DNA of 61,190 nucleotides, counting the filler, from Ionaspis alba (taxonomy: Eukaryota): the NCBI GenBank assembly GCA_964255285.1. It is 7 parts of 7 records of this genome, joined end to end, with 100 filler letters (N's around TTAATTAATTAA, not from the genome) between each part and the next. Parts side by side here need not be neighbours in the genome. Positions count along the whole stretch, not along the records: positions 35,052 to 43,701 come from CAXUUL010000719.1; positions 43,802 to 52,446 come from CAXUUL010000720.1; 5 more parts are not named here. One strand, written 5' to 3'. This document shows positions 39,016 through 52,546 of this stretch, piece by piece (positions within the stretch are counted from its first letter, which is position 1; each line of letters starts with the position of its first letter). Under the pieces are notes generated by a model. That model searched no databases and was not told the origin of the DNA. It worked only from the letters and a program-made list of their open reading frames with translations. The position numbers were made by a program, and so were the translations under genes.

Positions 39016-40994
39016 ATGGCTGCGCAGCCTCGAGTACGATTCTACAGAGAGTTCCTGACTCCGGCCCTACACCGAAGGTTCACCTCTGCCGCAGCCCTCA
39101 CTCTCCTTGTTTGCTATGCTGAAGCCGTGATTGTTGGAGACAAGTCCTCATGTGAGCTACACTCCCCTGTTGTGTTGACCCTTGCTTATATGTCATACTG
39201 AATAGTTCTATGGTCATGGTTTCCGCTTGGGCCAGCTGGTTTGCGCGCTCTCATGATCTCGATATCCAGTCTCATCATATTTGTTTTGCGAGTTGCGCAA
39301 CTTCATTTCGGAGCTCGAACAGCGAAATCTCCTCTCCAGGACTTCATTCACCATCTCACAAGCTTCAACACAGCTCGGACATTCGCATTCTATACCTTCT
39401 CCGCCTGGTGGTTTGGCGAGGTATGCATCTGGTCGGCATCCGGAGACAAGAGCTTGGCCTTTGTGAATGAGGGAAAGTAGGCGCATGACATAAGCCATTG
39501 TTTTTCCACAGAAGCTGATCAATGCAGGTCATATGAGCGTCCACAACTAAACGAACGACCGGTCTATCTAAGGTGCTTTGTTTTGATTCTCGCCATAGTC
39601 CAATCGCTGGTTCATCTATGGCTTGATCTAGGGAGAGTACATATACCGTCTGGCTCAACATCTTCTTCGATAGCGCCGCCGATCCAGCAGCTCAAAAAGC
39701 TGATACCCTTAACTTTGAAGACTGCGTTCGTCTTGGCTCTGGTGACAGGCCTCACAGGTCCTATCGTCTATATACTCTGTGTGCGGTGGGTGGCATGGCG
39801 CTGGTCACTATTCCTGGCTCGTCTGGTGTGGAGTATTCCTCAAGGCCCCAAACCCTCAATTCTGCCATTACTCAGTCCTTTCCTACTAGTGCGCTCTGTC
39901 ACATTAGGCTTATTGCTCTTGTGTTTGTGGGGAATAACAAACGCCACATTCAGTGCCTATGTAGCTCAGGAACCACTGAAGAGAGGCCATCCCTTGACTG
40001 ACGACTCACGAGACCCAAATGGGAGCCTTCTGGACGGTTTGCGATCTAAGAAAGAGCCTACGAGGGTAGGTTATTCTCAAACTATTGATAGTCAATCACT
40101 GACAATTTGCAGACGTTTGCTTTCTGGGAGTTACTCCACATCAGTCAGCGTTTTGATATCAGGCGGAAATCGATATTTACAGAACTTGATCGTGCAGGTG
40201 GCTCAACTTGGACCCAAGTTCTTTCAATTACTTTGGAGAAAGTCCAATTGATTAATGCTCGTATCTCAAACTTTCAACAGCCGCCCCCAGCTGCACCGGT
40301 TCTGGGACAAGAAGTCGAGGTTCAGATAGAAACTCTACCGCGCATCTCAAGCCCTTTGCGGCAAGAAAGCGTTTTGACGAGACCTCCGCCACCATCATGG
40401 GCATCATCTGCTGCCAAATCACTTGGTCAGTCCGGCTCGTCTCCGAATGCGACGAGTCCTCGGGCAAAGCAATATCTTAATACGGCAAGACACAAGCTTC
40501 TGAAGCAATTACCAGAGGCGGCAGTGCCCAAAGGCTCAATCTCCTCGCTGTATGACCGAATACTTCAATCTCATCTAGGCTTCCTATTGCAACAAACCTT
40601 TGCACGTCGCGTTAACACCATACTCTTTGACTCTCCCTACAGCGACTTGTACCAAATAGTCAACGCTATCGACTCAGTTTCATCCCTTACCACTGCCAGT
40701 CTCAAAGAGGACCAGTTTGGTACAGTTTCTAAAGATATTCCCAAGGTGATTCGTACATTCGTGAGTACCTCGAACGCTGTGCAGGCCTTCGTTCAGGGAC
40801 TCCCTCCTCACTGGACAGATGTAGATTTTCAAGATTCTGATGGAGGCGGGAGGAGCATCAAAGAGGTGGAACTTGTGAGCGAACATCTCAAAGCAGGTTT
40901 GAAGCAAGTGACTGAGGCATTTGGCGATTATGCCGTGGACCTGGGACTGGGGTTTGGTGAAATGAGGGAAGCCAAACGGATTGCCGGAATGTGA
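39016..40994 (+). CDS. NDC1: Nucleoporin Ndc1 (nuclear envelope transmembrane protein), 4 exons
   Basis: YREFLTPALHRRF start, ERPQLNERP, PLKRGHPLTDDSRDPNGSLLDGL, FAFWEL and SLKEDQFGTVSKDIPKVIR. Introns about 39152-39205, 39478-39527 and 40066-40112. Confidence 0.85.
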
Positions 40995-41967
40995 AAATCG
41001 CAAAACTATCCAGGATTTTGTTTACGGAAAAATGATACCCAGATTTCATTGTACAATCCCTGCTTTCGTATCTTCATGTGATTGTCTGCTTTCGAGAGTT
41101 GGCGGGTTGTAACGAATTGTTTGCACACTGTTGATCATCAAAACGCTCATGCTGCAGGACAAGCACTGCGACGCAAATAATTTTCTTCTGTGAATTGTAT
41201 CATATCCCATGGCATGTTGTCCTAATATTCCCCTTTCCCCGGCTCTAGCAACGTGCCTTTGTCTGCTGTTCCTCTCAAGACTTCAGCTTATCTAGCCAGT
41301 CTCTCCATTCCACGGTGTGGACTAAACATCATCCCCAGGCCCTCAGTATTCGAGCGAGAGCCTCTACCATGGGTGTTGAACATTCTCTTCCCCTTTCCGA
41401 TGATCCATATGGGCCCCTATGTCCGAGAACTCCAATTCCCGAGCTCGCCAACTGTTTAGGCGCCCAGGCCGTGAGGAGACCCGTCCGATTGCGCCGAGCG
41501 AGGCGGAGATGATCGAAGCTTTCTCACCTAGCTCTTGTATATCATATGATGTCAATTCTCACCGATGGAGTGGGAGTGGTTCCAATTCAGTCCAAGCATG
41601 CCAAGTGTCAAGAAGATATTTCCATGGTTGGGCAAGAAGAAGTTAATCAACTACCATGGTTTGTGCACGATCAGTCTCTAGCCAAGCTTCCCCTGGAGTA
41701 TTGTGTTATACTTTTTTCTCGCGAACCTATGACGCTTTGATGCCTATAGGTCAAGACTACTGGCAACTTGCGAAGATGTTACTATGTTCACGAGTAGGCT
41801 CGTGTTGAATTGCGAATCTTTTAATTTCAGGCAGCCTTCGATCTCTACTCAAAAATTGCTCCCTTCCCTACACACCGCTGATACATTGAAAATACTTACA
41901 AGCCTAGCAAGTCTATTGAAAGCCATCAACAAAATCATACCATCCCTCTCTTTCCTTCCTATTCACA

Positions 41968-42841
41968 ATGTCTGGGTTAGCAAATCTTCCCTTCGATCTG
42001 TACTGCCGTATCTTGCCACAACTTGTGGACTTCGATAGCATCGGTGAAGGTTGGCATCTGTTCGATGATCCTGTCAGGTAAGGAAGACCGCTCCTCTAGT
42101 ACTACAGGAATAATAATAACATCTCCTATTAGCGGAAGAGTGGAACGAGAACCCTCCAGTTGCAAGGATATGTCAGAGTTCAGGAATCTGTCCATCCTCT
42201 ACGTTAACAAGGCCCTGAATGCGGCGGCAATGGACTTCTATTACAAAGTGAACACCTTCCGATTCACCTCGCCAGGCTGTGTCGTGGAATTCTCGCAGCA
42301 GACCTGGGACAAAGGTCCACTCTTGCTGGATGATGTCACAAAGCTGCACCTGGAACTCGACGTGTTCTGGGGTGATTTTGAGGGAAGCGAAGACGAAAGC
42401 GGTACTATTATCCAGCCAGGCTGGAAACACGTATTTGACAACGACATCTGGGGACTGAGATGGCTGTTTCCAAAGCTCAGATACCTCGAAATTGATTTCT
42501 ATGAGTGGCATAATAGTGCCAAAAATGGTCACAGCGCTTGCACAATATATGCGGACACTTGTGTCAACTCCAACTTTCCTGAGATCCGGGCGGTGCTGGA
42601 AGAAATGGTCCGTGTCGAGGTTGTGGAGGTGTCGGGATTGGGAAACAAGGATACCGAAAGAGAATTGGAGAAAGCGATGATGGCCGGTCCACCTACGACG
42701 GAGGACGCAGAGGCAAGCCAGATCACGGAGTATTTGAACAATGGGCCGGCGGAGAATGGTGGCGAAGCGATAGGAGACGCTGGGACGTCTGTAGGATTAG
42801 AGGAGCCAGAATCAGGGGGTGAGGAAGTAGCAGATCCTTAG
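41968..42841 (+). CDS. Hypothetical protein with an F-box-like N-terminal motif (intron about 42078-42132)
   Basis: Spliced MSGLANLPFDLYCRILPQLVD...|GRVERE...LSILYVNKALNAAAMDFYYKVNTFRF...LFPKLRYLEIDF. Confidence 0.7.
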
Positions 42842-43090
42842 CGAGGCACAATCAGGTCTGTTTTGCATAGTCAATTCCTTGTGCACGCTGCGTTAGTCTT
42901 GTGATTCTTGGACTCATTCTTACGTGTTGGAAATTCCGCTCAGCACGATGTCTAGTCGAAATATTATATATTATGCCAAAGACTTCTTCGGTTTTATATT
43001 CTGCACCACTTTGTTCACACACAGCATCCCGACCTCAACAGACCACTAGATCATCAACTTATCTCAGAGAGATCACTGCAACGCAATACC

Positions 43091-43701
43091 ATGCCCAGCT
43101 TAGTGGATCTCCCGATCGAGCTCAGGTGCCAGATCTGGTCTCAACTCGTGGACCTTGAATTCTTAGATCAAGGCTATGGTCGTTACAAGAATCCCGGGAG
43201 GTGAGGGAGACAGGCGTCTTCCAATAGTCAACCTCTTTACTGACATACTCATTTTAGCAAAGAAGACGGGCTTCTGCAGAGCCACAACAATCGCAAGGAT
43301 ACCTCTGATATCAGCGCTTTGTCAGTGCTGTATATCAACCGATTAATCTACCGCGAAGCAATCGAGGTTTACTACAAGATGAACACATTTTGCTTTACTA
43401 CACCTGTCGATCTGCTGAACTTTTCTTTCGACACGTATGGCAAGGACTGTCTGTCCTTCGTCAGAAAGATCTGCTTGGAAATCGATCTGTTTTTTGACTA
43501 CGCCGGCCATGAAAACTCGATTGGTAGGATTGTTCCCCTTAGCTGGAAGCAGATTTCTGAGAAGGATGCAAAGGGACTGCACTGGCTTTTCCCCAGCCCA
43601 GAGTATTTGGAGATAGATTTTGCACAATTTTCCACAAGGCCGAGAGGCATGGTTGGACGAACTTTTGTCTACGCTGATGATGGCGGTGTCGAGCTTGTGG
43701 A
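43091..43701 (+). CDS. Tandem paralog of 41968-42841, 3' end truncated (intron about 43201-43257)
   Basis: MPSLVDLPIELRCQIWSQLVD...|KEDG...LSVLYINRLIYREAIEVYYKMNTFCF...GLHWLFPSPEYLEIDF. Confidence 0.7.
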
Positions 43702-43801
43702 NNNNNNNNNNNNNNNNNNNNNNNNNNNNNNNNNNNNNNNNNNNNTTAATTAATTAANNNNNNNNNNNNNNNNNNNNNNNNNNNNNNNNNNNNNNNNNNN
43801 N
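43702..43801. other. Artificial contig linker
   Basis: N run with TTAATTAATTAA. Confidence 0.99.
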
Positions 43802-44084
43802 CACTTCCGCCCCTCCCCTCTCCACCACTGACTCTGCTCCCCCGCCGACTCGGCATCCTGCTCCCCATGGGACTATACTGACTGACCCCACTCTTCCTAC
43901 GCATGGCCTCCAGCGCGCCTCCAAAAGTAAACGCATCCAACCGCTCTTTATGTTTCTTGTCAACAGGCGCCCTGTACTTCGGCTTCGGCATCAACTCGTC
44001 CGGGCCATAGACATTGGCGTCTTTGGGGGACGAGGTCGAGGGCCGGCGGGTGAAGGTCCGTTTGAGCTTTTCGCGGAAGGGCAT
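43802..44084 (-). CDS. Small basic fungal hypothetical protein, 3' end truncated
   Basis: MPFREKLKRTFTR...MPKPKYRAPVDKKHKERLDAFTFG...RRKSGVSQYSPMGSRMPSRRGS; good ATG context (acacaATG). Confidence 0.65.
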
Positions 44085-45311
44085 TGTGTGTTCGGATTAT
44101 GTCGGATGGGGGGTCGGTAGGAGTGTGAAGGGTTTCGACTCGTTGTGGGGTCAAGCTAGAAGCGGTAATTCAGATGGTGCAGGGCTGTGGTTGTTGTGCC
44201 GGAAGGGGTTGTGGGGGATTGACAGAGTGTGGGGAAGTGTGGAGCCGGGTGGTCCGGACCATGGGCCGGGAGACCGAGATTCGAATGGTGGGTGTTGCGG
44301 GACGGGAAGACGGGGCGGGTTGTCAATGAGAGGGTACCTGATATAGAGCTGATGTAGGTGATAGAGGTACTCGATCAGGGGCTTCACCAACCTCCCTCCG
44401 AATTGTGTGGTTGCTGGCGCATATAGCCCTGCGGCTGTTTCATCGCTGTTGCGTTAGCCCCGCGGTCAGAAGGGCCGAAGCGTGTAGGGCTGATGGAGAT
44501 GTCTTGGCGCCGGAGAGGAGAAAGGACGGTATGATGTCAGAGATATAAATAGACTTATCAACGTTTTGAGATGATCGTTGGTTTTCCTGCGAACGATTAT
44601 GCGGGTATGGGGCGAGTGGCAAAGTGTGACGGCTTTCGCATATTGATACGTCGGTTTGTGCAACGCAGCCGTTATCACATTTTGGCTTTACTAATGAGGA
44701 AATAATAACAACGATCACTCAATACCTAAGAATAGTAGTAAATTTTGTTTAAAATTTTTGTACTATGAAGAACTAAGGTGTGCCGAATGTAAATTCTTGA
44801 CTGGCAGAATTAATCGGGGAGCCTGCCACCACACCCCAAACTCTCTTTTCGAATCTTCTGGCCAAATCTTTTTGCCCCCACCCCAGATCTTCATCATCGA
44901 GATCAATCTCTCCAAGCCTCCTTCCCGGAATCCTCTTCCGCTAATCATACACGTGTTTCTTCCTGAGAAGCCCTAGCCCACATTACACTTGCCTGTCGTG
45001 CAGTGGTGGTTGCAAAGAATTGTAAAATGATCCGAGCTCGCCCGTCAAACATACCGTCTTCGCCACAACGCCTCCAGCGTTTGTTTCCCAGTCCACACCA
45101 CCAAAAAATAATCGTGTGGTGCCACACCTGCGAAGCCACCTTTCAAAGCTGCCATCAAAGGCAGAAATAGTCGTACAAATCTCGCGTCCCCTATGTAGAA
45201 TCCCTTCTGTAACAGTAAGCTACTCCTCTGAGCTGCATCTGCGAAGGATTCGCTCTTTTTAGAGATTATTCCTCCTCAGGAGGATTAGAAATTATGAGTG
45301 TCTAATAGCAC

Positions 45312-47828
45312 TCAGATGATATCCGCAATGCTGATGCGGCTCGATCCACCAGAACTGGCCTGAGTGACTCCCAAGTCCATTCTTGGCGCTAGGAACAACC
45401 CTTCTCGTTTCGGTGGCGAAGGTCGTTCTCTTGCCAGCCGCTGCTGATCTTCCAATAGTCGTTGCAGCGTGAGCAAGATGCCGTTCCATCCGTTCCAGTC
45501 TCGCAACTCTTCCTCCCCAACTGCTAATCGCGAAGAACCACCAGTCTCTGACTTGGTGGGACTGACATATTCTCCAACCTGCCACACCCATGCATTTTCG
45601 AGGTTGTTTTGCGCATCTGCAGATAGGTATACCACAAGGTCCTCATTGCGGTCCAAGTATTGCCCTTCTCCTCGTTGTAGACTAGAAACGAGAGATTGGA
45701 GGAAAAACTCCAAATATCGACCGCAGGATCGGTTGATAGGTCTGGCATCTCCAATCGTAGCACTCGCCCGAGCACATATTAAAGCACCTGTATAATCGCC
45801 TCGAAAGCACAAGAACAGTGTACAGCGCCAGATGTGCGTGCACAAAAAGGCACTCGCAGACGATCGAAGCTTTTCCTCCCATTTGTATGGCGGTGCTGTA
45901 CGCCGGGTGGGCGAATCTGGTGGATCTTGCATACTGCGAGATAGTAGACTGGCCGTGTCCCGGGAGATAGTCATACAACTGTCGATAGCTGCGGTTCTTT
46001 GCTCGGGCATCGAGTTGGGCGATAGATTGTGCCTGTGAAGTAAAAGTCGTGCGTTTTGTAGCTGAATCGAAGGACCCAGTGCCTCAGGGTCGAAAAATCC
46101 TTGCGATTGAATGTGATGCTGTGATGGCAAATCTCCTTGACAGATGATCAATTGCTCTTCCGCAGTTTGTAAATTCAGTGTCGGAATTGTTCTGCTCTTG
46201 AGTAGGTTGAGGACCTGAGTAATGCATCGTGCCACTGCCACCATCGAGGTAAAGGCAGTTGTAGAGCCGTTCGGGCTCTGAGGTGATCGAACGCCATAAG
46301 ATTCGAGATATCTACCCTGGCCCGATAGTGGGTCACCAGAAACGTAGTCTTCGTTTTGGATGGTAGGTGATCTTCCGAGTTCAAGTGAGAGTGTTCTGTG
46401 ATAGTTAGTGTGTAGACTCAATGCATAGGCTGCAAGCAAGCCTTACCTATCCGAAATATAAAGAGATCCCCACAGGCGTCGACGCATTTCCTCATCCACA
46501 ACAGACCAAGATCCAACATTTCGGTGCAGGCCTAAATCCTGGGCGGCCCGAATCGCGTAGCCCAGACAAGTCCATCCAGCAGACCTGGAATTTGTTTCAA
46601 CCAGATACATGCTGATGAGAAAAGTGGATCTGACGTGATCCACGGTCAACTGTTCGGGACAAAACTCCACTAAACTTCTCGAGATTTCGAGGAAATTCTT
46701 CCAATCTTCTGACTTTCGATGGAGCGAACCACACAAGAAAACTGCAAAGAGAACAGCAACCCAAGCCCGTGGCACGCTTTGCAACGAGCCTTGTCGGTAC
46801 ACTTGTTCGTAAGTCTCTGTGAATGAAGGCCAGTGAAGGATCGGAAAAGGCACTTGAAAATTCGTTCGATACTCGTGAAGCAGGCGATCTGCAACGTGCA
46901 ACGGAGGCAGTTCTGTTGGAGGAGGGTCCGAAGTCTGCTGAGCCGTAGAGGTGAGTGGCGTGGGCAGTTTGATCACACCTCGACCGAAATTCTCTATATT
47001 TTGACGAGCTGTGGAGTAGTCGTGGGTAGTGGTCAATCTTCGCCTCTTGTGGGATCCAAATTCTGATTGCACAGAGTATGGACTGAATTGAGTATCCACC
47101 TCAGTGTCCACTGAACCGCTGGTTCTTGCAACAGAACGGAGCTGACTGACTTGTTGTCGGGCAATCTGCAGCTGCTTCTCTAGGTCTTGAACCTGCCTAC
47201 CCAGCTATTAGTACGTTCATAGGTCAAAGCTGAATTTCAGAAGCTCACTTGATCGAGGACATCCGCCTATTGGTCTCCTTTGTGAACTGACATTTCACGT
47301 TCCGACTTGAGCATTCCGAACAGCTTGAAGTATCGGTAGCATCACACTGTACACAGTCTATCAGTGGTTGTATTTCCTCATTGGATATCGATAACTGACC
47401 TTGACTTTACGCTCTCGACATGCGTCACAGCTAGGGTCTTTCCTGCGCTGCCTATAGGCTCTTTTTTGTGAAATGGTAGTCGGGGATGCATGGATCTGTG
47501 TGACGCTGGGATTGCCCGCGCCAGGTCCACTGAACTGATACGGGTCTGGATGCGCCGGTACGCCAGGACCCAGATCATACTCGTGGGGGAAGCGCCCGCT
47601 TTCCAGATCCGAGCCAGGCGGTTTCGATAGTTGTTGTGGATGAGAAGTAAAGCCCCCACTGTCCGGCCGACTGGTTGGTCTCACCCCAAGCGAGCCCATC
47701 CCTGATGATCCGCTGGTGAAGCTTTGAGGTGAGGAAGTCGAAAGAATGGAGGCAGAATCGAAAGGAGTTGAGGCTTGATAAACTGGTGCAACTGATTGAG
47801 GAATATTCGGGACTTGCCCAACACTCAT
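45312..47828 (-). CDS. Zn(II)2Cys6 transcription factor with a fungal-specific middle homology region, multi-exon
   Basis: [39 protein letters not shown] binuclear cluster split by intron 47399-47347; [28 protein letters not shown] and LSLELGRSP. Confidence 0.92.
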
Positions 47829-50800
47829 AATGCGGGCCTCAACAGCCGGGTGAGTCGGGTTCCGCGGCGGCGAAGGTCGAGACCAGGCACACGCGCAGGG
47901 CAGCCCTTTAGGGCATCTCGAGAGTGGTTGTCGATCTCCTCTGGGTAGAAGTGGTATCGAGGTACAATCAATGTAAGCGTCGAACAACAGAGCAGTGAAA
48001 TAACGAAGGACGTGGTAGTATAAGAAGAACGAAAGTAAAAGGCCCGAAAATCGTCAAAATCAGAACGAGGGCGAAGGGCATGGGTATTATAGTTAAGATG
48101 AGGAACGGGGAGGAGGCTCGACATATTTAGACCTAGAACGTGTAACCCTAAAAGTAGACGAATCTGCTTGACAGAACCTAAAACGGCCAACCAGATCCAA
48201 GTCGGGAACTGGGCGGATGAGCAACAACGTGAGGAGAGAAAGGCGTTGCTGGGTCTTGCCATAACTGCGAGATCCGATCAATTACCAGATGTAGGGATAC
48301 GCTCCAGGTCGAGGGTAATTACTCGTACCGTAATTGACCGTTGCAGGGTAGAGCAGGGATGAGGGGTGGGGAGAGTGTGTGCCAGGGGGCCGGGCAGGGG
48401 AAGGACGATCATGACATGACTTGGCAGCCCTAAGCCCACACGGGCATGGACTGTTACCGCCAGATGACCAGGATTTGTTGTCTGCCCGTAGCAGAAGAGC
48501 AGAACGGTACACGTACCGGTACGGTACAGTACGGTACCTGGAAGCACATCCGGGTGGCCATTCTGATTGCATGGTACTCCCACCTCAAAGGGTCGGTTGT
48601 CGGGAACCTATCATCAATCTGTATGGACGTGTTTGGGTTCTGTTTGTCTGATGCGCATGTTGCTATATTGGGAAGCACAATAATCGTAATCGCTGTCGTT
48701 GTCGCAAACTATCATCTCGTACATGCGCGTTGTACCTGCGTCCACGAGAACAGCCATCGAGATGTGTATCATGTACGCATATGTACCTGCTGCTGGAAAG
48801 CAAGAAGCATTTCCCTTCCCCATCATAGCCAACCGCCATGCATGATTTCCCACGGTGGCGGCTGCTGTACCTTTCGGCAACGAATCACGAGCCCTCAGCC
48901 GAAAATGCGATGCATTTTGGGGAAATGAATTGTTCGTCCGAGCCATGGAACCACCTCATCTCCCCTTCTCTTTAGTCAGCCACACTTACACTACGCGCTG
49001 TAGGATTGCCGTCCTGTCGCCGCCGAAAGCTTTATTTTCTTCCGTTGCTAGTCATCCCATTCCCTGAATGAGCTGGGATCAACGAAGTTGGCAATAAACA
49101 GTAGGACACTAGCAGCGAATGTTCGAAAGCAGCCACCATGTTTTCTGATAGTCTTCGGATCGTAATAATCCGAAGGGAAATTGTCTAGACGTTTCTGCTG
49201 CAATAGGCCCTCGAACTGCACTCTCTCGTTAGGTCCAGGGGTTCATCGTCGGGAATGGCTGCTCAGATGGGATCTGGGGTAGTCCATGGATCCAGCGCAA
49301 GGGTCCGTAGCTCGGGGAGATCCCGTTCGAGACCCAGTGGGTCGAGGATTCCACGACGGTAGCTATGGTGGATGGATGGATGCCGATTCGGGACACGTTG
49401 ATGGTCGAAGTAAGGACCATTGGACTCTCTCGAGCTTAGCTCAAGCTGCCAGGCGGCCGGAAGGACTGGTAGAATTAGGGTGATCATCGATGGCCCATAC
49501 CATATTCTTTAAAAGTACCAGACTTTGGGTCCCCAGGGTCGAAGATGGTCTTCCATCTGCTGCCAAGCGGCTACATTGAAAGTGGAAGGTAAGGAGTGCA
49601 ATGATACAGGACCGTTCAGATGGAGGGTTGCCGATCAGTGCAACGGAGAGTTCCCAGCAGCCGTTGTGTTGGGAGAGATGGAAGATCATCCGTCTAAGGC
49701 ATGGAAGCTATAAAAAACCATCCAAGGAGATGCTTGGTAAAGATGACTCCGAGGACGGCAAGCGGCTGCTGGCATATGGCACATTTTCGATCGCACAGGC
49801 CAGGCGACGATGCCTGATAGGGCTCAAGCATCAACGACACCGGCGCTAGAACACGCTTAGAAGGAAACTGGCGACCGGCAAAACTGCTTCCGTCGCCAAG
49901 AACCAATGGCGAAAAGACAGCACTCAGCATTTCGTCTTTTCTTGACTCGGAGACTCCCGTTTTGTCGATCTTACCACTCATTATGACATCGAATCAAACT
50001 CAGTACAAATGGTCGGGCGGAAGTCTCCGCCAGAGTCGTTCGGCCATCAAAGCACTCATGCTGCAAATGCGATGTCCATCACTTCGGCGACCTTTTACTG
50101 TTGCAAATAACCATTCAACGCATTGTCCACAGAACCATGAACCATCCACGCTGCATACAACGATGTTCTGGCAATGCGTCAAACTGGCTCGAAGTTCTAC
50201 CGTGAGGAAGTAAAACAGTCTATAGTGTAGTATCACTAAAGAGTGATGACCTTTACTTCCTGCGAGGTCATAGACGGTAGGACAATTTACTGGCTACAAC
50301 ATGGGTTCTATCCCGTCCATGCTGTCGATCGCATCATTTTTTGTTTGTCTGTGGATTTCACGAAATAGATTACCTTGGAAGATGACTAGGGATCTTATGT
50401 GTAGGATACTGAGCCAACTCGAGACTCCGATAACAATACTCACGAGAGTTCAGCGGGCGTGACCAACCAATGTGTGAGGTATCGAACACTGGGAAGAAGT
50501 GAGCGATTGGCACTGGAGATCTTTTCCGTAGATGATTTGGTCGTTCTCCAATGACTCTGCAGGAAATTGAAAATGACGGATGTTCTGACGCCTGTGACAG
50601 CTTTCAGGCGCATGCACGCTGACCTCATCCTCAAGAAGCACAAGAGTGTGTTTTGCTTGATTCCTTGCGGCTGCAGGGACGGGAAACCCCACGCTGGTCC
50701 CCAAACACCAGTCGGCTTACCAGGCTCGTGGCCCTTGCCTCCTCTGGTTGAGTGCCACTTTAGACCTGTGTAACCCGTCCACTCGAAGAGGTGATCTGCA

Positions 50801-52362
50801 TGCTCAATCTGGCATGTCCCAGAACTCTGCTTCAAACCACATTTGGGGCCGTAAACCGTCATTTGCTGATACAATCTGTTGAGATGACTAGACTTGATGA
50901 TGGCCGGCAGCCATCTTTCTACTAGAACTCCTCGGATTCAGCCTAGATGGCACTGAGTATGGGTAGATTAGTGGCAATCAAGTACATTGTGGCAACAAGG
51001 TCAGCAATTGGGATTCTCCAACAGATAAACGACAGTCTCTTAAGCGGTCATGAGTTTGTTCCGCTATTTCGTAGGTTACTATGCTTAGAATCCTATATGG
51101 CAAACTGTCAAAGTGGCAGAAGTTCTGATACCTTAAAGTTCTTTATCTCGCATATACAGTACATTAACATGTTCTGGAGTACTTCTTCTATTCTTATCAG
51201 CCACTCTGCTTCCACAAGATCCCAGTGTAATGGTGACTTTACCGACAAGTCTATGGATGACCCGAGATCGACAATGGAGCAAGCATGTCCGCGGACTATG
51301 GCAGAAATGCGATTAGCCATATTCTCAAGTCCCAGTCGGAGGTGTCTGCCGATTGCCTTCCGGTGCCATGAGGACACCCGATAATCTCTCCAGAACATTC
51401 TAATCGTGTTGGCTTCTTCCTTGCGAGGAAACGTACGCCGAAGGATTATGACCCGAAAATTTAATATCATTGAAAGTTCATTAAAGGCATTTCTTACTCC
51501 ACAGCTGCGCCGCCGTTGGAGGAGCGCGGATATGCCGCTGCGGCATCCTAAACCCATCCGCCACCGACGTCAATGTGCATATACCCCAAATCTCATCTCT
51601 CAAAGACCAACTACCGAGGGTCATTGAGGAAATAAAACAAGAATCTTAAGTAAATTGCGACTCCTGAGGAGCACAGCCACCGAAAGGCCAGCTGATCGAG
51701 AAGTAACATGGGCAAGTACGGGGTGCTAGTAACACAACCAAACACGAGATTCCGGAGTCGTAGGACACGATATTGACCTCGTGGTGCTGCCGTGTGAGCC
51801 GCACTCATTGTTCGAGCACACGTATTCCAAGAGGGGATCGAGTGTTGTTGCACGCAGAAGATCAACACTGTTACATTGAGAGCTTCAAACGAAAGCTATT
51901 TATAAACAATTGAAGTATTTCCCCGAATGGAAGGATTGGGTAGGTATGCAGCCATGTCATGTCCTCTTTTACGTGGCGCAACATCATTATCGTGGCGATC
52001 ACGCAAATAAATGCGCAGTAGGGGCTATCATTTACCCGATCCGAGCAGCTTAATCGGCCCGCGGGACCCCTTGGACTAAGAATGTTCGCAACTCATTGGT
52101 CGGGTTCATGCCAAGAGATCTGGCATATTGATCGCTGAAAGACGATCTCATCGTCCATCCCATTTCGGCGCCCTTCCCGACCTCAATCCTCCAAATTTCC
52201 AATAACCCCAATAACATTATTACCACCCGCCCCTAATATCCCATCTCACCGCATGTTCTTCACACCCTCAATCCTACAGCACCCCGTAACCCCATCTCAA
52301 TCTGCACGAACCGGCATCAATCACCTATTCTCCCCACCATCACCAGCCTCCCCCTCTCCAAA

Positions 52363-52446
52363 ATGTGCAACCACGCCCTGCACCCGCTCCTCGCGGACCT
52401 CCCAAAATGCGAACACCACATGCACCTCGAAGGTGCCCTCCCGCCC
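52363..52446 (+). CDS. AAH1: Adenine/adenosine deaminase, 5' fragment only
   Basis: Manual translation MCNHALHPLLADLPKCEHHMHLEGALPP contains the LPKxEHHxHLEG metal-binding motif. Cut by the linker. Confidence 0.85.
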
Positions 52447-52546
52447 NNNNNNNNNNNNNNNNNNNNNNNNNNNNNNNNNNNNNNNNNNNNTTAATTAATT
52501 AANNNNNNNNNNNNNNNNNNNNNNNNNNNNNNNNNNNNNNNNNNNN
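52447..52546. other. Artificial contig linker
   Basis: N run with TTAATTAATTAA. Confidence 0.99.
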
